Notes under the pieces: generated by a model
The model's input: the letters and a program-made list of their open reading frames with translations, nothing else
The model's database searches: none
Told to the model about the DNA's origin: nothing
Shown: one piece after another, positions 40,201-52,170 of the stretch
How positions within the stretch are numbered: the stretch's first letter is position 1
Layout of the letters: every line of letters begins with the position of its first letter
Translations under genes and position numbers: made by a program
Assembly (NCBI RefSeq): GCF_000150275.1
Contig: NW_002060948.1
Location: 3,175,183-3,239,182, forward strand
DNA: 64,000 nt
Reading direction: 5' to 3'
From: Trichoplax adhaerens
Lineage: Eukaryota; Animalia; Placozoa

Positions 40201-43200
40201 ACGGCTAATATTTATTGTTGAATGTTGTTTTTTTGTAATTAACGGCAAACATTTTATTTGTAGTATCAATAATAAATTACAACAGCCGGAAGCTGCCGCT
40301 GGAGTCTTAGAATATGCGATGAAAAATATGGGTGCAATGGTATAACCTTTAACTTATCTAAATCATACTATCTATAGTCCGTAAAGTATTCGTAAATTAT
40401 GTTGAATTTGATACACTTCTTCTGTTTGTAGTCGGTAGAAGAAACTTGGTATGAAGAGTTAAATGAATGGAATAAGGCATTAGATGTTTATCAGAAAAAG
40501 CAGGAGCAGGGTAGCGATGATATTTCAATTACACTTGGGCACATGAGGTGCCTAGAAGCTCTTGGTGAATGGTACGCTAGTATCTGCTAACTTAATCTGA
40601 TCGTTTTCTTCAATGTCATCTATACGGCAATGAGAAAATTACTTTTGTTTGCATATTTTAGGGGACAGTTATATAATATAGCATCTGAACGTTGGTCTAT
40701 TGTCGATGACGAAACCAAACAAAAGATGGCGCGGATGGCTGCGGCTGCCGCATGGGGTTTAGGTATCATGTTTATATTATATATTACGCCTTATATATCC
40801 TTAGAATTTCGTTATTGTTCTCATGGAATTATCAATATTAAGAAATCATAATAAAATATTGATAGGCCATTGGGAGAGCATGGAAGAGTACAGTTGTTTA
40901 ATACCAAGAGAAACATTAGATGGTGCTTTTTACCGAGCAGTGCTTGCCCTTCATCAAGAACATCGCGTGTTGGCACAACAGGTAGATTGATTGTTGGATC
41001 TTTTGTATTCGATATTGTAGCAGATATTGAGATTACGAAATTACTAATTTTAAACATTTTAATTTTGGGATTTATAGTGTGTTGATACTGCACGAGATAT
41101 TCTCGACACTGAATTAACGGCGATGTCCAGTGAAAGTTATAATCGTGCCTATGGAGTATGTAATGATATGCAATATATCTACCAATTGTAATTGCATTTT
41201 TATTTAGTTACAGTTGGCAAGCTAACTTACCCATGTTAAAACGTTTTTAGGCCATGGTGACTGCACAAATGTTATCAGAGTTAGAGGAAATTATTCAATA
41301 CAACTTGATACCTGAACGTAGAGCTGCTATTAAGCAGATATGGTGGAGTCGTTTACAGGTATAGTATGATATATCACGTGTAATGTTATACAAAGGATTT
41401 AGTGGTAATAGTCGCCTGTATAGATTACACAAAAGTTCCCATTGTGACGGCAGTAGTGTGTGAATTGTAAGAATATTACAGCGATTAGTACTTAATTTTT
41501 TTATCAGTATTTGATTTATTTACAATTAACTAAAGTTATCCTCGAGTAATTACGTTGATCTATTAACTGTCACGAGTTTTAAATGGATAAAAACTTCGAA
41601 CGGATTAAAGAATTTAAGACTGTAAATTACCTTTAAATCGTACGTAACTAATATGATAGAATCAAAATCCTAGTGTAAGACTATTACACTGATTGCTTAT
41701 TATTTGCTTAAGTACACTGTATTACAGATATATGCTTCACTTATTTGAATTAGGGATGTCAAAATCTTGTCGAAGATTGGCAACGTATTCTTCAGGTCCG
41801 ATCGTTGGTAATAACTCCTCAAGAAGATATGGAAACCTGGTTGAAGTATGCTAGCTTGTGCCGCAAGAGTAAGCGACAGGTACTGTAATATAATATCAAA
41901 TACAGTCGTAAGTCTATAGATTAACTGATGATAAAACAAACTAACAAATATCGACAATCCTCTCTATCAGGCGTTGTCTCATAAGACACTAGCGCTACTA
42001 TTAGGAAGTGATCCTTCCAAATACACGGATCAGCCCTTACCGACTAAATATCCTAAGGTTACATTTTCGTATATGAAACATATGTGGCTTTCCGGTCAAC
42101 AAGTAAGTGTGGCTGTATTAACTAGTTTAAAAGAAAAACGATGAGTTTATTGGAAATTTTTTTGTACTAATACAGGAGGAAGCATTTCAGCACTTACAGT
42201 ACTTTGTACAAACAATGATAACCCAAAATGCTGCAGTGGCATCCCTTAGCAGTAATGAAGAAACTCAACAAAGTATAAAGGAGGCAAATAACCGTCTTCT
42301 AGCAAGGTACACTGATTTTGTTACTGAATATCGCTAAAAATCGTTGCACTGCATCTCACCGGTGATGAGTTGATGATATTACTGTCACAGAATACTTTTT
42401 ACGGACTTCTTGTTAGGTGTTACTTGAAACTGGGTGAGTGGATGTTATCCTTAAGCCAATTAAATGAACAAACCATTACCCAAATTATACAATATTATGC
42501 ATGCGCTACTGAACATGATAAGAACTGGTACAAGGTAATTGTATCAAGTACTGTTTTAAAATGATGTTAAATGCAAATTGACATTCTGCTTAAGCTAATG
42601 AGTTGCGTTTATCTTCAAAATTTACAGGCATGGCATTCTTGGGCTTTTATGAACTTTGAAGCGTTGCTAAATATGAAAAATAATGAGAAATCTCAGCACA
42701 CAATTGTTTCGGATGATTCCAAGGTAAGATTTAAATTTCTTAGTATTACATATCTCGATAGATACTGATAATTAGAAAATTGGCTTAAAACAAATATTAC
42801 TTTCCGTAGGCCGGTGTTTCTTTACAAAATTATGCTGTATCGGCTGTAAATGGATTCGTAAGATCTATTACACTATCCAAAGGCAATTCTCTCCAAGATA
42901 CTCTTCGGTAAGATTGACTTATTATTATCAGAATTATCATGGTTATCAGATTTTATTTATTTATCCGTTAAGCCTAAATGCATTCTACTAATTTAACTCA
43001 TTTAGATTGCTAACTATTTGGTTCGACTATGGTGAGTGGAAAAGAGTGAACGAAGCCTTAGTAGATGGCTTGAAAGTTATTCAAATCGACACCTGGCTTC
43101 AGGTTTGCTTAGTACTGATATTGAATTACGCTTAAATGCTCATTGCTGATAAGGATGTTCTGTTGTAGGTAATACCGCAACTTATTGCAAGAATAGATAC

Positions 43201-46200
43201 TCCTAGGCCGGCTGTTGGTAAGCTGATCACTCAGTTGCTTATTGATATTGGAAAGCAACACCCGCAGGTATACAATGTTTCGATAGTAGCTGTAATACAC
43301 AGTAAGTTCTAATGTAAACATTTTTGAACACTGCAGGCCTTAATTTATCCTGTTACTGTATCCGCAAAATCAGCTATAGCAGCTCGTCAAGAAGCCGCTA
43401 GTAGGATCCTTAATAATATGAGGGAGCACAGCCCGGTACTCGCTCAACAGGCTGTCATGGTACATTATATAAAGCGGATATACGTATATTGGAGGACATT
43501 TTTTCAAAATTTGAATATTTTCTAAAATAGGTTAGCCAAGAATTAATAAGAGTTGCAATACTATGGCATGAAATGTGGCACGAATCTCTAGAAGAAGCTT
43601 CACGACTATATTTTGGTGAGCATAACATTGAAGCCATGTTTGCCGTATTAGAACCTCTTCATCAGATTATGCAGCAAGGACCACAAACGCTGAAGGAAAC
43701 ATCATTCAATCAGGTAATCATTTCAGATTTATGAAGTTAATTCTGAATAAAGATGATGTGTCTGTCAATATCAGTCAAGAAAACCGACTAATTTATTGGG
43801 TTCGAAATAGGCCTATGGTCGCGACTTGGCTGAAGCCCAGGAATGGTGTAACAAATATAAGAAGTCAAATAACGGTGCAGATCTAACACAAGCCTGGGAT
43901 TTGTACTATCACGTATTCAGAAGAATCTCAAAACAATTAACACAGGTATATATGCATCACTTCCGGCTTATTAATTACGGCTATTTGATGTGTTCCATCC
44001 GTAGCAATTAAAAGTAAGAAATCCAGGCGCAAACTGTATGTGGGACTAATTAATCCCTTTTTCTTTAAGATGACGTCTCTTGAGTTGCAGTACGTTTCAC
44101 CTAAGCTCCTTGTCTGCCGGGATCTAGAATTAGCCGTTCCTGGAACTTATCAACCTAATAAATCTATCATTAGAATTCAGAAAGTTCAACCATCATTGCA
44201 AGTAATAACATCTAAACAACGTCCTCGAAAACTTTGCATATCAGGTATAGCATAGATAGTGTATTTCCCTATCCCCGTATCTAGCCATCCTGTGGAGATT
44301 TATAACTATTAGTATATACGTGTAAATAAATTAAACTCTCTTGCGTTACTGCTAAAAATATTACAAAGTAATGATTACATATTTGGCATTTAGGCTGTGA
44401 TGGCACCGATTACATGTTCTTGTTGAAGGGGCATGAAGATCTTCGTCAAGATGAACGCGTTATGCAGTTATTTGGCCTTATAAATACGTTATTAACGAAC
44501 GATCCGGAAACTTTTAAACGCCATTTGAGGTATCTTATACATTAAACTGTATTGCCAAATGAAACTGTGCATTAATCATCAATCAAATATGATTTAAAAT
44601 AAATTTAGGATTCAGGGATACTCTGTTACGCCGCTGTCGACAAATTCTGGATTAATAAGTTGGGTATCTCCTTGTGATACACTCCATGCGCTGATTAGGG
44701 ATTATCGTGAAAAGAAAAAAATCTTGTTGAATATAGAACATAGAATAATGTTACGGGTAATTTTCTTCATCTTTTACAAAACTGCACATCATACGGGTGT
44801 AAACACTAAAACCATCACTTCATATTGTATTCTAGATGGCACAAGATTATGATCATTTAACTCTGCTTCAGAAAGTTGAGGTATTTGAGCACGCAATGGA
44901 GCATACGCAAGGTGACGATCTTGCAAGGGTACTTTGGCTAAAAAGTCCTAGCTCAGAGGTAAATTGATTGGGTTTCGTTTATTGAACGGCCATAAAATTT
45001 ACTGTTTATACAGTATGTAATATGTACATTAAATTAAATAGGTTTGGTTTGATCGTCGAACAAATTATACGCGTTCTTTAGCTGTGATGTCTATGGTTGG
45101 ATACATTTTAGGTTTAGGAGATAGGTAGGATTCGAAGTATATCTAACGATCGATTTTATAGACTTAGAGTTTGTAGGTGTATTTGATTTACGTATTTATG
45201 TTAAATCGAAAATAATTTCTAGGCATCCATCCAATCTAATGTTGCATAGACTATCTGGAAGGGTACTACATATCGATTTTGGAGATTGTTTTGAAGTATG
45301 TAATTTGTCACAAATTTAATATTGCTTTGGTAATTAGTACTAGATGGATCCGCCCTGATGCGAAGTATTTTTCTAAATTACGAATTTATTGCGTAACTGA
45401 TTGTTGACATATTTTCATTCTAGGTTGCTATGACACGTGAAAAATTTCCTGAGAAAATCCCTTTTAGATTGACCCGAATGCTAATTAATGCAATGGAGGT
45501 TCGCAAAATTTGAACTACATGTATACATTACATGCGTGTAATGCATTCAGGTCGATAACATCGTTCGTTGCATGGTCACTCTGTTTAGGTAACTGGAATA
45601 GAAGGAAATTATCGAACTACTTGTAATAGTGTTATGGAAGTCCTTAGAGATAATAAGGACAGTGTTATGGCCGTATTAGAAGCTTTTGTATATGATCCAC
45701 TCCTAAGTTGGCGACTCGTAGAAGGTATAATTTTCACCCGACATCATTAAAAGCAAATTGAGAGATTGACAGAACTTATACTTTCATCTTAAACTGGGAT
45801 TAAATAACTTTCCGTATATGATAAGGTGCTCCAAAGAATAAACGTTCAAAAGGAGGAAATCCAGGTGTTCTTGGCCAGGCGGATAAGGGTAACCATATAT
45901 TTCTAGTATCCCTCTAATAAACTTCTATTACAGTTTTAATGGATGACCGTGTTTGGTATTCTTTAGATATAGCTGATGTTACCTATGTTGGCCAAAGTAC
46001 AGCAAAGTCATTTGCTGCTCAACGGGAATTGAAAGAAGCTTTAGATAGACAAAATAAACCAGAAGAATTAAATAAGAAAGCTGTTGCCATCATCAACAGA
46101 GTCCGTGATAAATTAACTGGTAAGTTTCATTGATAACTTAAATTTACTCTAAAGTAGGTTATTGTCACCAAAAGTATATAGAAACTTCTGATTGGATTCT

Positions 46201-46888
46201 TTCAATCGTCATACTTGTAATTTACTTGTAACAACAAACGTAATTTTTAGGAACTGATTTCTCGCGTCATAATACTCTCGATGTACCTACACAAGTGGAT
46301 TTGTTGATTAAGCAAGCTACGTCTCACGAAAATTTATGTCAATGTTATATAGGGTGGTAAGTTATAAACTTGACCGTAATTATTACAGTGGACATGCATC
46401 AAGTTCGCAATACAGGCTACATTTCAGATTTTGAGCTAGTTAAGCTAAACTATGATATTATTACGTCAGTCGAATCAGTAGTTAATGTACGCAAAAAGTT
46501 TTGAGATTCGTTATGTAATTTTTAAATTTTGTGTGGTTGTAAGTACAAAATACGGATAGCGCAAGATTTAATATTCCAATGAAAACGATATTGTAGCAAT
46601 CGTTACATCATAATTAATATGTAACTGTATCTGCGATGCGATTGTAATTTGATAACCTACGGCTAGATATCAAAGATGATGTGCTTGCCCGTTTTTTTTA
46701 ATATACAGTACATGTACATAGTCTGAGGTAGTTAGGACAATCGTAGTTCCCAAAAGCGTACTGCTATATCGTATGTCTTTATAATTTTATACTTCTTTAA
46801 ACTGTCAATTGTATGCTCCTTGAATTAGATACGATACTAATTAATTTTTTTTTATATCGTCAACCTCCAAAGGTGCCCATTCTGGTAA
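31204..46888 (+). CDS. MTOR: Serine/threonine-protein kinase mTOR, about 64 coding exons
   Basis: Exon chain traced through HEAT repeats ([21 protein letters not shown]), FAT ([21 protein letters not shown]), FRB ([28 protein letters not shown]), kinase ([43 protein letters not shown]) and FATC ([10 protein letters not shown]|CPFW); last coding exon 46873-46888. Exon count is by eye. Confidence 0.98.
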
Positions 46889-49800
46889 TTTTGGCGTACT
46901 TACTCCATTTATAAGATATAATTACTTACCTTTGCGCAGGATGTTAGATATATACTACGCAGTTTTAAGGATGCCTTATATGCTCAAAAAGGCTTTATAA
47001 TCATTGCATGGTATAGAGCATATTTTAATTAACAAAAGAAATTGAAATAGCTTTGTCGAATCATCTTATTTTGTATCTGTCTTCATTTAATAAGAAATAG
47101 GGTACTATCGGTAGTGTATAAAGTAGAAAGGTAACGTGGGTGATTTTGCATTCCAGTTTTGAAATGCATCAGTCTGAAAATGATATAATCGGTGTCATAT
47201 CTTAACTTCCAGTAAAAGGGATTCCTAGTCGTTATTAGTAGCATACTGTACAGTGTGATAATATAATTAGATTCAAAGCCATAAAATTGATGGAAATAAT
47301 ACAAGACATTTCTTACTTAAAAAGATATCTACTGTAATGATTTTATTATGTTAATATATTGCAACTATTATAACATGATATAGTTTTTTATTCAATTGCC
47401 ATACTGAATTATGAGTGATATTACTGGAACAGTTAAATTTATTCTAAAATGGCTAATGTTGCATAAAAATTAGTACTTGACTTTTAGATCATGGTAACAA
47501 CATTAACCTATTGTAGTAGTATTTAACTACTGAAATAGCTATTTCTTATGCAATTTTGATCAATCCTTTCTATAACTGTGATTTCAACAATAAAATAGAT
47601 GCAAAAATATCTACAAAATTAGCGCTATAGTAAAATAAACGTGTAGAGATCTATGAAGATGAAGATATTCAAACTCATGATTATGATTCGAAGTAGGCTT
47701 CGTAAGATACTATGGATACGTAGGTTGCGTAGGATTCTATTTGCCACGACTGCAACTCACTTTACTCTAGCTAGAAATAGTCACTTCGATTAATTTCACT
47801 GAAATAGCGGTTCACAAGTACCAACCAGGATGACTTATCAGCGTTGCCGGTGTATAAATAAACACAGCTCTCCTCTCCTATAGGCCATAAGGGATATTTA
47901 CAGTATATTATGGATGTAAAAGAATTTCCCTTAATATTAAAGCTCTAGGAGGAAATCATATTCTGATATATCTGTAAATATGGCTATGATGGATTTGTGA
48001 TTTAATGGTTGTGTATACTCACATCAAATCTACAAGATATTTTACAGTTAGCATCTACTTTCAAGTACGCCTTACAAATTAAGCCTAAAAATATGCATCG
48101 AATATGGTAAGTCATATCCCAAAGAAATTGTAGGATGAGCAGTGTTTTAGTTACCTCCCATAAGCTGTGGTAAAAATTTTGATATTCTTATCAGTCAACC
48201 TGTTTACGCTCCGTAGATTTTTCTACTTCTGATATCTAAAAATCTTGAAAACTGAACCGTATTCAGACCGGGCAGAGGTGAGCTAGCATCCCTACTACTA
48301 GTAGTAATCCATACTTCGATGACAGACACGAGCATACAATTCGTGAAAATAGTTTACATGATTGTAAATCCTTCAAATCCGATATTAAAGATATTAGTGT
48401 TATGGAACAAAGATCATAAACTCGCCATAGCATAACGGCAGAGTTCGGTCATACATGAAAAATTGCTCAATTATGCTAATTAGCTGCCATACAGTAGAAT
48501 TAGATTCTTGATAATTCCCCTGCTTATTGATTTACAATCGGATGGTCAATATCAGAGAAGTTACTAAGAATTACTTAAAATGCCATTACTAAAATACTAT
48601 ATTATTATTAATAATTATTAATCATTTCTTAAACTAAGTGATTGCATATGGTATATTAATTATATATATATCTATTGCTAATAGGATATTCATAAAATAC
48701 TAAGCCTATTACAATATCAATAATTCCTATGATTATATATAATCGAAAAGAGATAGTCTTATCATTGTTGATACTATACAGATTTAGTACACATTTAATG
48801 TTGTCAGAAATTGTCAAGACATTTAAGAACGTGTGTAGAATACTTTCACGTGCCTTGACCGAACTGTCGATTTCAGTTTGATATTATAACGAATAGATTT
48901 TTGAAGTCTGTAGTATTTTATATGGCTGATTTTTAGAAATTTTGTGGTTGTCAAGCGCTACTCACTAATGTTTGTATTTCTTCCGGTTTAAATTATGCCC
49001 AACTTTGATGATACTAATTAATCAAGAATGATAAAATAGGGAAGTTATTCATAAAGTAATCAGGATGTCAAATTAATGTATATTTGCTACAGTAATTGTT
49101 AAACCATTTCAGACGTCTTTTCCTAAAAGATGGATTCTTTTCAATTTTTAACAGTATAAGAACTATAGCACTGTAGATTAAACGTGTCACTAGTTGATGA
49201 TATATATCGATAATATTATAATCGGGTACGGTAGTAATTACATATTGTATGTAGCTATAAATAGTATTAGAGTTAGCTGATACCATTTCCTCGGAGACTG
49301 GATAACAACAAGGTATAAAGAATCTTTGCTAGCTTTAATTCTACATCTACGCCACGTAATCACCGTACAAGAAATATCAATCAATTCTATCAACCGAAGG
49401 ATCTGCTACTGGTATGGCATAAAAATTATTGCAGAGTATTTATTAGTCTTAATCGTAGCGCGTTAAAAATGATGCTGTGCCCCTTCTTTACGACTATCGA
49501 CAAGGTTCCTAATCATAAATTCATAATCAAAATGATACGATATGTTGATCACCATAGCTTAAACTTATCAGTTATTGACTTACTTACGAAATATCGTATG
49601 TCTTTAATCATTTTTTAAAGTAATGATCCTTCATAAATTTAACGGATAGACTGGCTATTTGAGATAAATATGCTATAGTACCCACTATAAACTTCATAAT
49701 AGCTGTGCAATTACTTTTTTAAAGTAATTATTATACTCGTATACTCCTATGCACGCGACTCTGCATGCTGTTTCCGACAGTATACATCATTTTACACTGC

Positions 49801-50779
49801 TAGGAAATACCTATCTTCCAAACTGTTACTGGATATATGCTGCACAAGTCATAACCTGCTCTCGAATCTAGTAATGGCTAATATATTGGTAATAGTAAGA
49901 TTAGCTTGCATCAAGTTATCTCTGCTTATATAATGGCAATTTGTATTTTCACACTGCTGGTTATGCAATTTAGCTTTCATCAAATCATTTCGGCTTTTTA
50001 CCGTACAGTCAAGCTTAATTTAATCCTGACTCTCTTCTAGCTGCTTGCTAAACCTCGAATTATTCCCTATAATTTACCAGTCTTGTAGCTGCATTCATTC
50101 TCTGAATGCCTACCAAGCGTTACATCGTACTGCTATAGTATCCCTAAAATTGATAAAAGTCGTAAGGTACAATTTCCTGCAAAAAGTAATAGAGAGGCCA
50201 ATTCTGATTTAGTATCATAAGCAAAGACAGTAGTAGTTTAATGCAATGATCGATTTCCTTGATCTTAACAGTCAAGGGTAAGATAGTTTCGACTATATTC
50301 GTGTAGCTATTCGTGGATAATCAATTTATACGGTAGATATATTGTATCTGAATAGCTAGCAAATCTACTAAATATTCTTGCTGGTTACACATGCTACTGA
50401 TATTTGTACCTTACATTTAGTAAGAGTAAGAGTAGAGAGTGAAACCTGTTTATTCCTTTGCTAGATGTATCAATTATGCTCTTAATTAACTACCCTAGTA
50501 GTTGCGGCTACATCTATCATCGTCATTTAGCCTAATCACGCGTAGTCACAAGTACGCTAAGATCTAACTTATTTTTGATATCATTTCTATCATTCTACTT
50601 GCGCGACCGCGTATACTTTGCAACAGCGTTATGTTTTATTTCCTACTTTGACAGATGTAGACATCCTTTATTGATAGATTATGGCGCATCGAGATACAGT
50701 TGATATAAAACGGATTCATTAGATATGTCGTCTGGCAAACCTTAAACGAGATTGGTGAGCATGATATACATGTAGCTGA

Positions 50780-52170
50780 AAAATGTCGTTGCATTTCTAA
50801 TCCTAATGTGTATGCTATGCACTATTTGCAAATTTCAGATCTTTTATGCTTCGATATTAAGAATCCATAGACTTACCAATAAACAGAATAGGAAGTAGCC
50901 TCTATATTCTTCATCCCCACCCAACTTTATCGTATACTCCAGTTGCAGTATAACGTTTAGAGGGGAGCGCTAATAGCAAATAAACTTTGTACTCTTTATT
51001 TCTCTTTCGTCCCGCAAATACTCTAATTCCGTCTTTGCAAACATCTGCTCATCGATAGAATACGAAGATACCTCTTGTTACGGAGTAAGTTGATCTCTAC
51101 CTCAGAGTTCATGTATAGTCCGCTCTTTATTTCATTAATCAACCATTACAATAACAACACAAAACTCCTTCAGTATAACATTTGATAATAATGTACATTC
51201 TACAGACAGTGGCTGGTAACATTGACATCATATATCCATCATATTGCTGCCAATTAATTAATATACGGTTAGAATTAAACTGATTGATAGCAGTTCCTAT
51301 GATATCACATAGTTTGATAACGTATGGAATACAAACAAGTAAGAGCGTATAACAGTTTAATGATCACAACACCTCTAAGCTCTTTATTTTCTGTCCAGTT
51401 TTTATACGCTTATCCTATTTAGAAAAGCATAAAGAACCATAGATGTAGGATATTAGACAGCCTTTACATCGTATATTTTTCTCTAATTCTAACACATGCA
51501 CTTCAAGTGCACATATATAGAAATTTCTCGATAAATATGACAGCGCAATGACTTCTACATCGTCCTTCCCTTGCTAATCCTAATACACATACTCCGTGTT
51601 AGGCTTATGGAAACTTTATTAGCGAATAAGATGGGAGATTACCCTTATTCGCTTCTTCTGTATTTATACTCTAATAATGTGTGTAAAATGGGTTTGTCTC
51701 CTGACATCTGCATCCTTCATTCCCTTCCTAATCCTAATACATCGTATACTTTAGTGTTAGGCTTCTATAGACTCACCGCGGTAACAAGTAAAATGGCAAA
51801 CTCCATTCTACTGTATGCCTCTTCTTGTATTTTATTCTAACATATATCTGTTCCATTGACAAGTGTATATATAAAAACAACGATGCAATTCTAATGCATA
51901 TTCGTTCATGTTAGGCAGAAAGAAACTTATAAATAGGATAGGAAAATATCATTATTCTTTTTAACTTCCTTTTCAGCCTTACATACGAGTATATGCTTAG
52001 TAGTGAGTGTATCTAGGAACATCCATGTAGAATTGTAAGCAGTCTTTATCTCTTTCGTTCCCTCCCTAATTCCTAACGTATATATTCTATTGATAAACAT
52101 CACCGTCTATCGATAAAATAGGAAGCCATCTTCACATTCTCTAGTCTCTCTCATTCTGATGTAAATCCAT
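50780..52170. repeat. Highly degenerate tandem repeat array (unit roughly 85-95 bp)
   Basis: Recurrent CTAATCCTAA/CTAATTCTAA at ~50797, 51483, 51574, 51728, 52066 and AGAATAGGAAG-like motifs at ~50885, 51057, 51932, 52112; TCTCTTTCGT-CCC at ~51001 and ~52049. Confidence 0.55.

Noticed and set aside
14145-43637. Antisense or off-frame ORFs overlapping CRT-like, PLOD and MTOR exons
   Set aside because: Shadows of the real coding exons with no independent support.
34527-44608. Possible U12-type introns in MTOR (donors GTATCC at ~34527 and GTATCTT at ~44530)
   Set aside because: Neither matches the full RTATCCTT donor and I saw no TCCTTAAC-type branch site near the acceptors.
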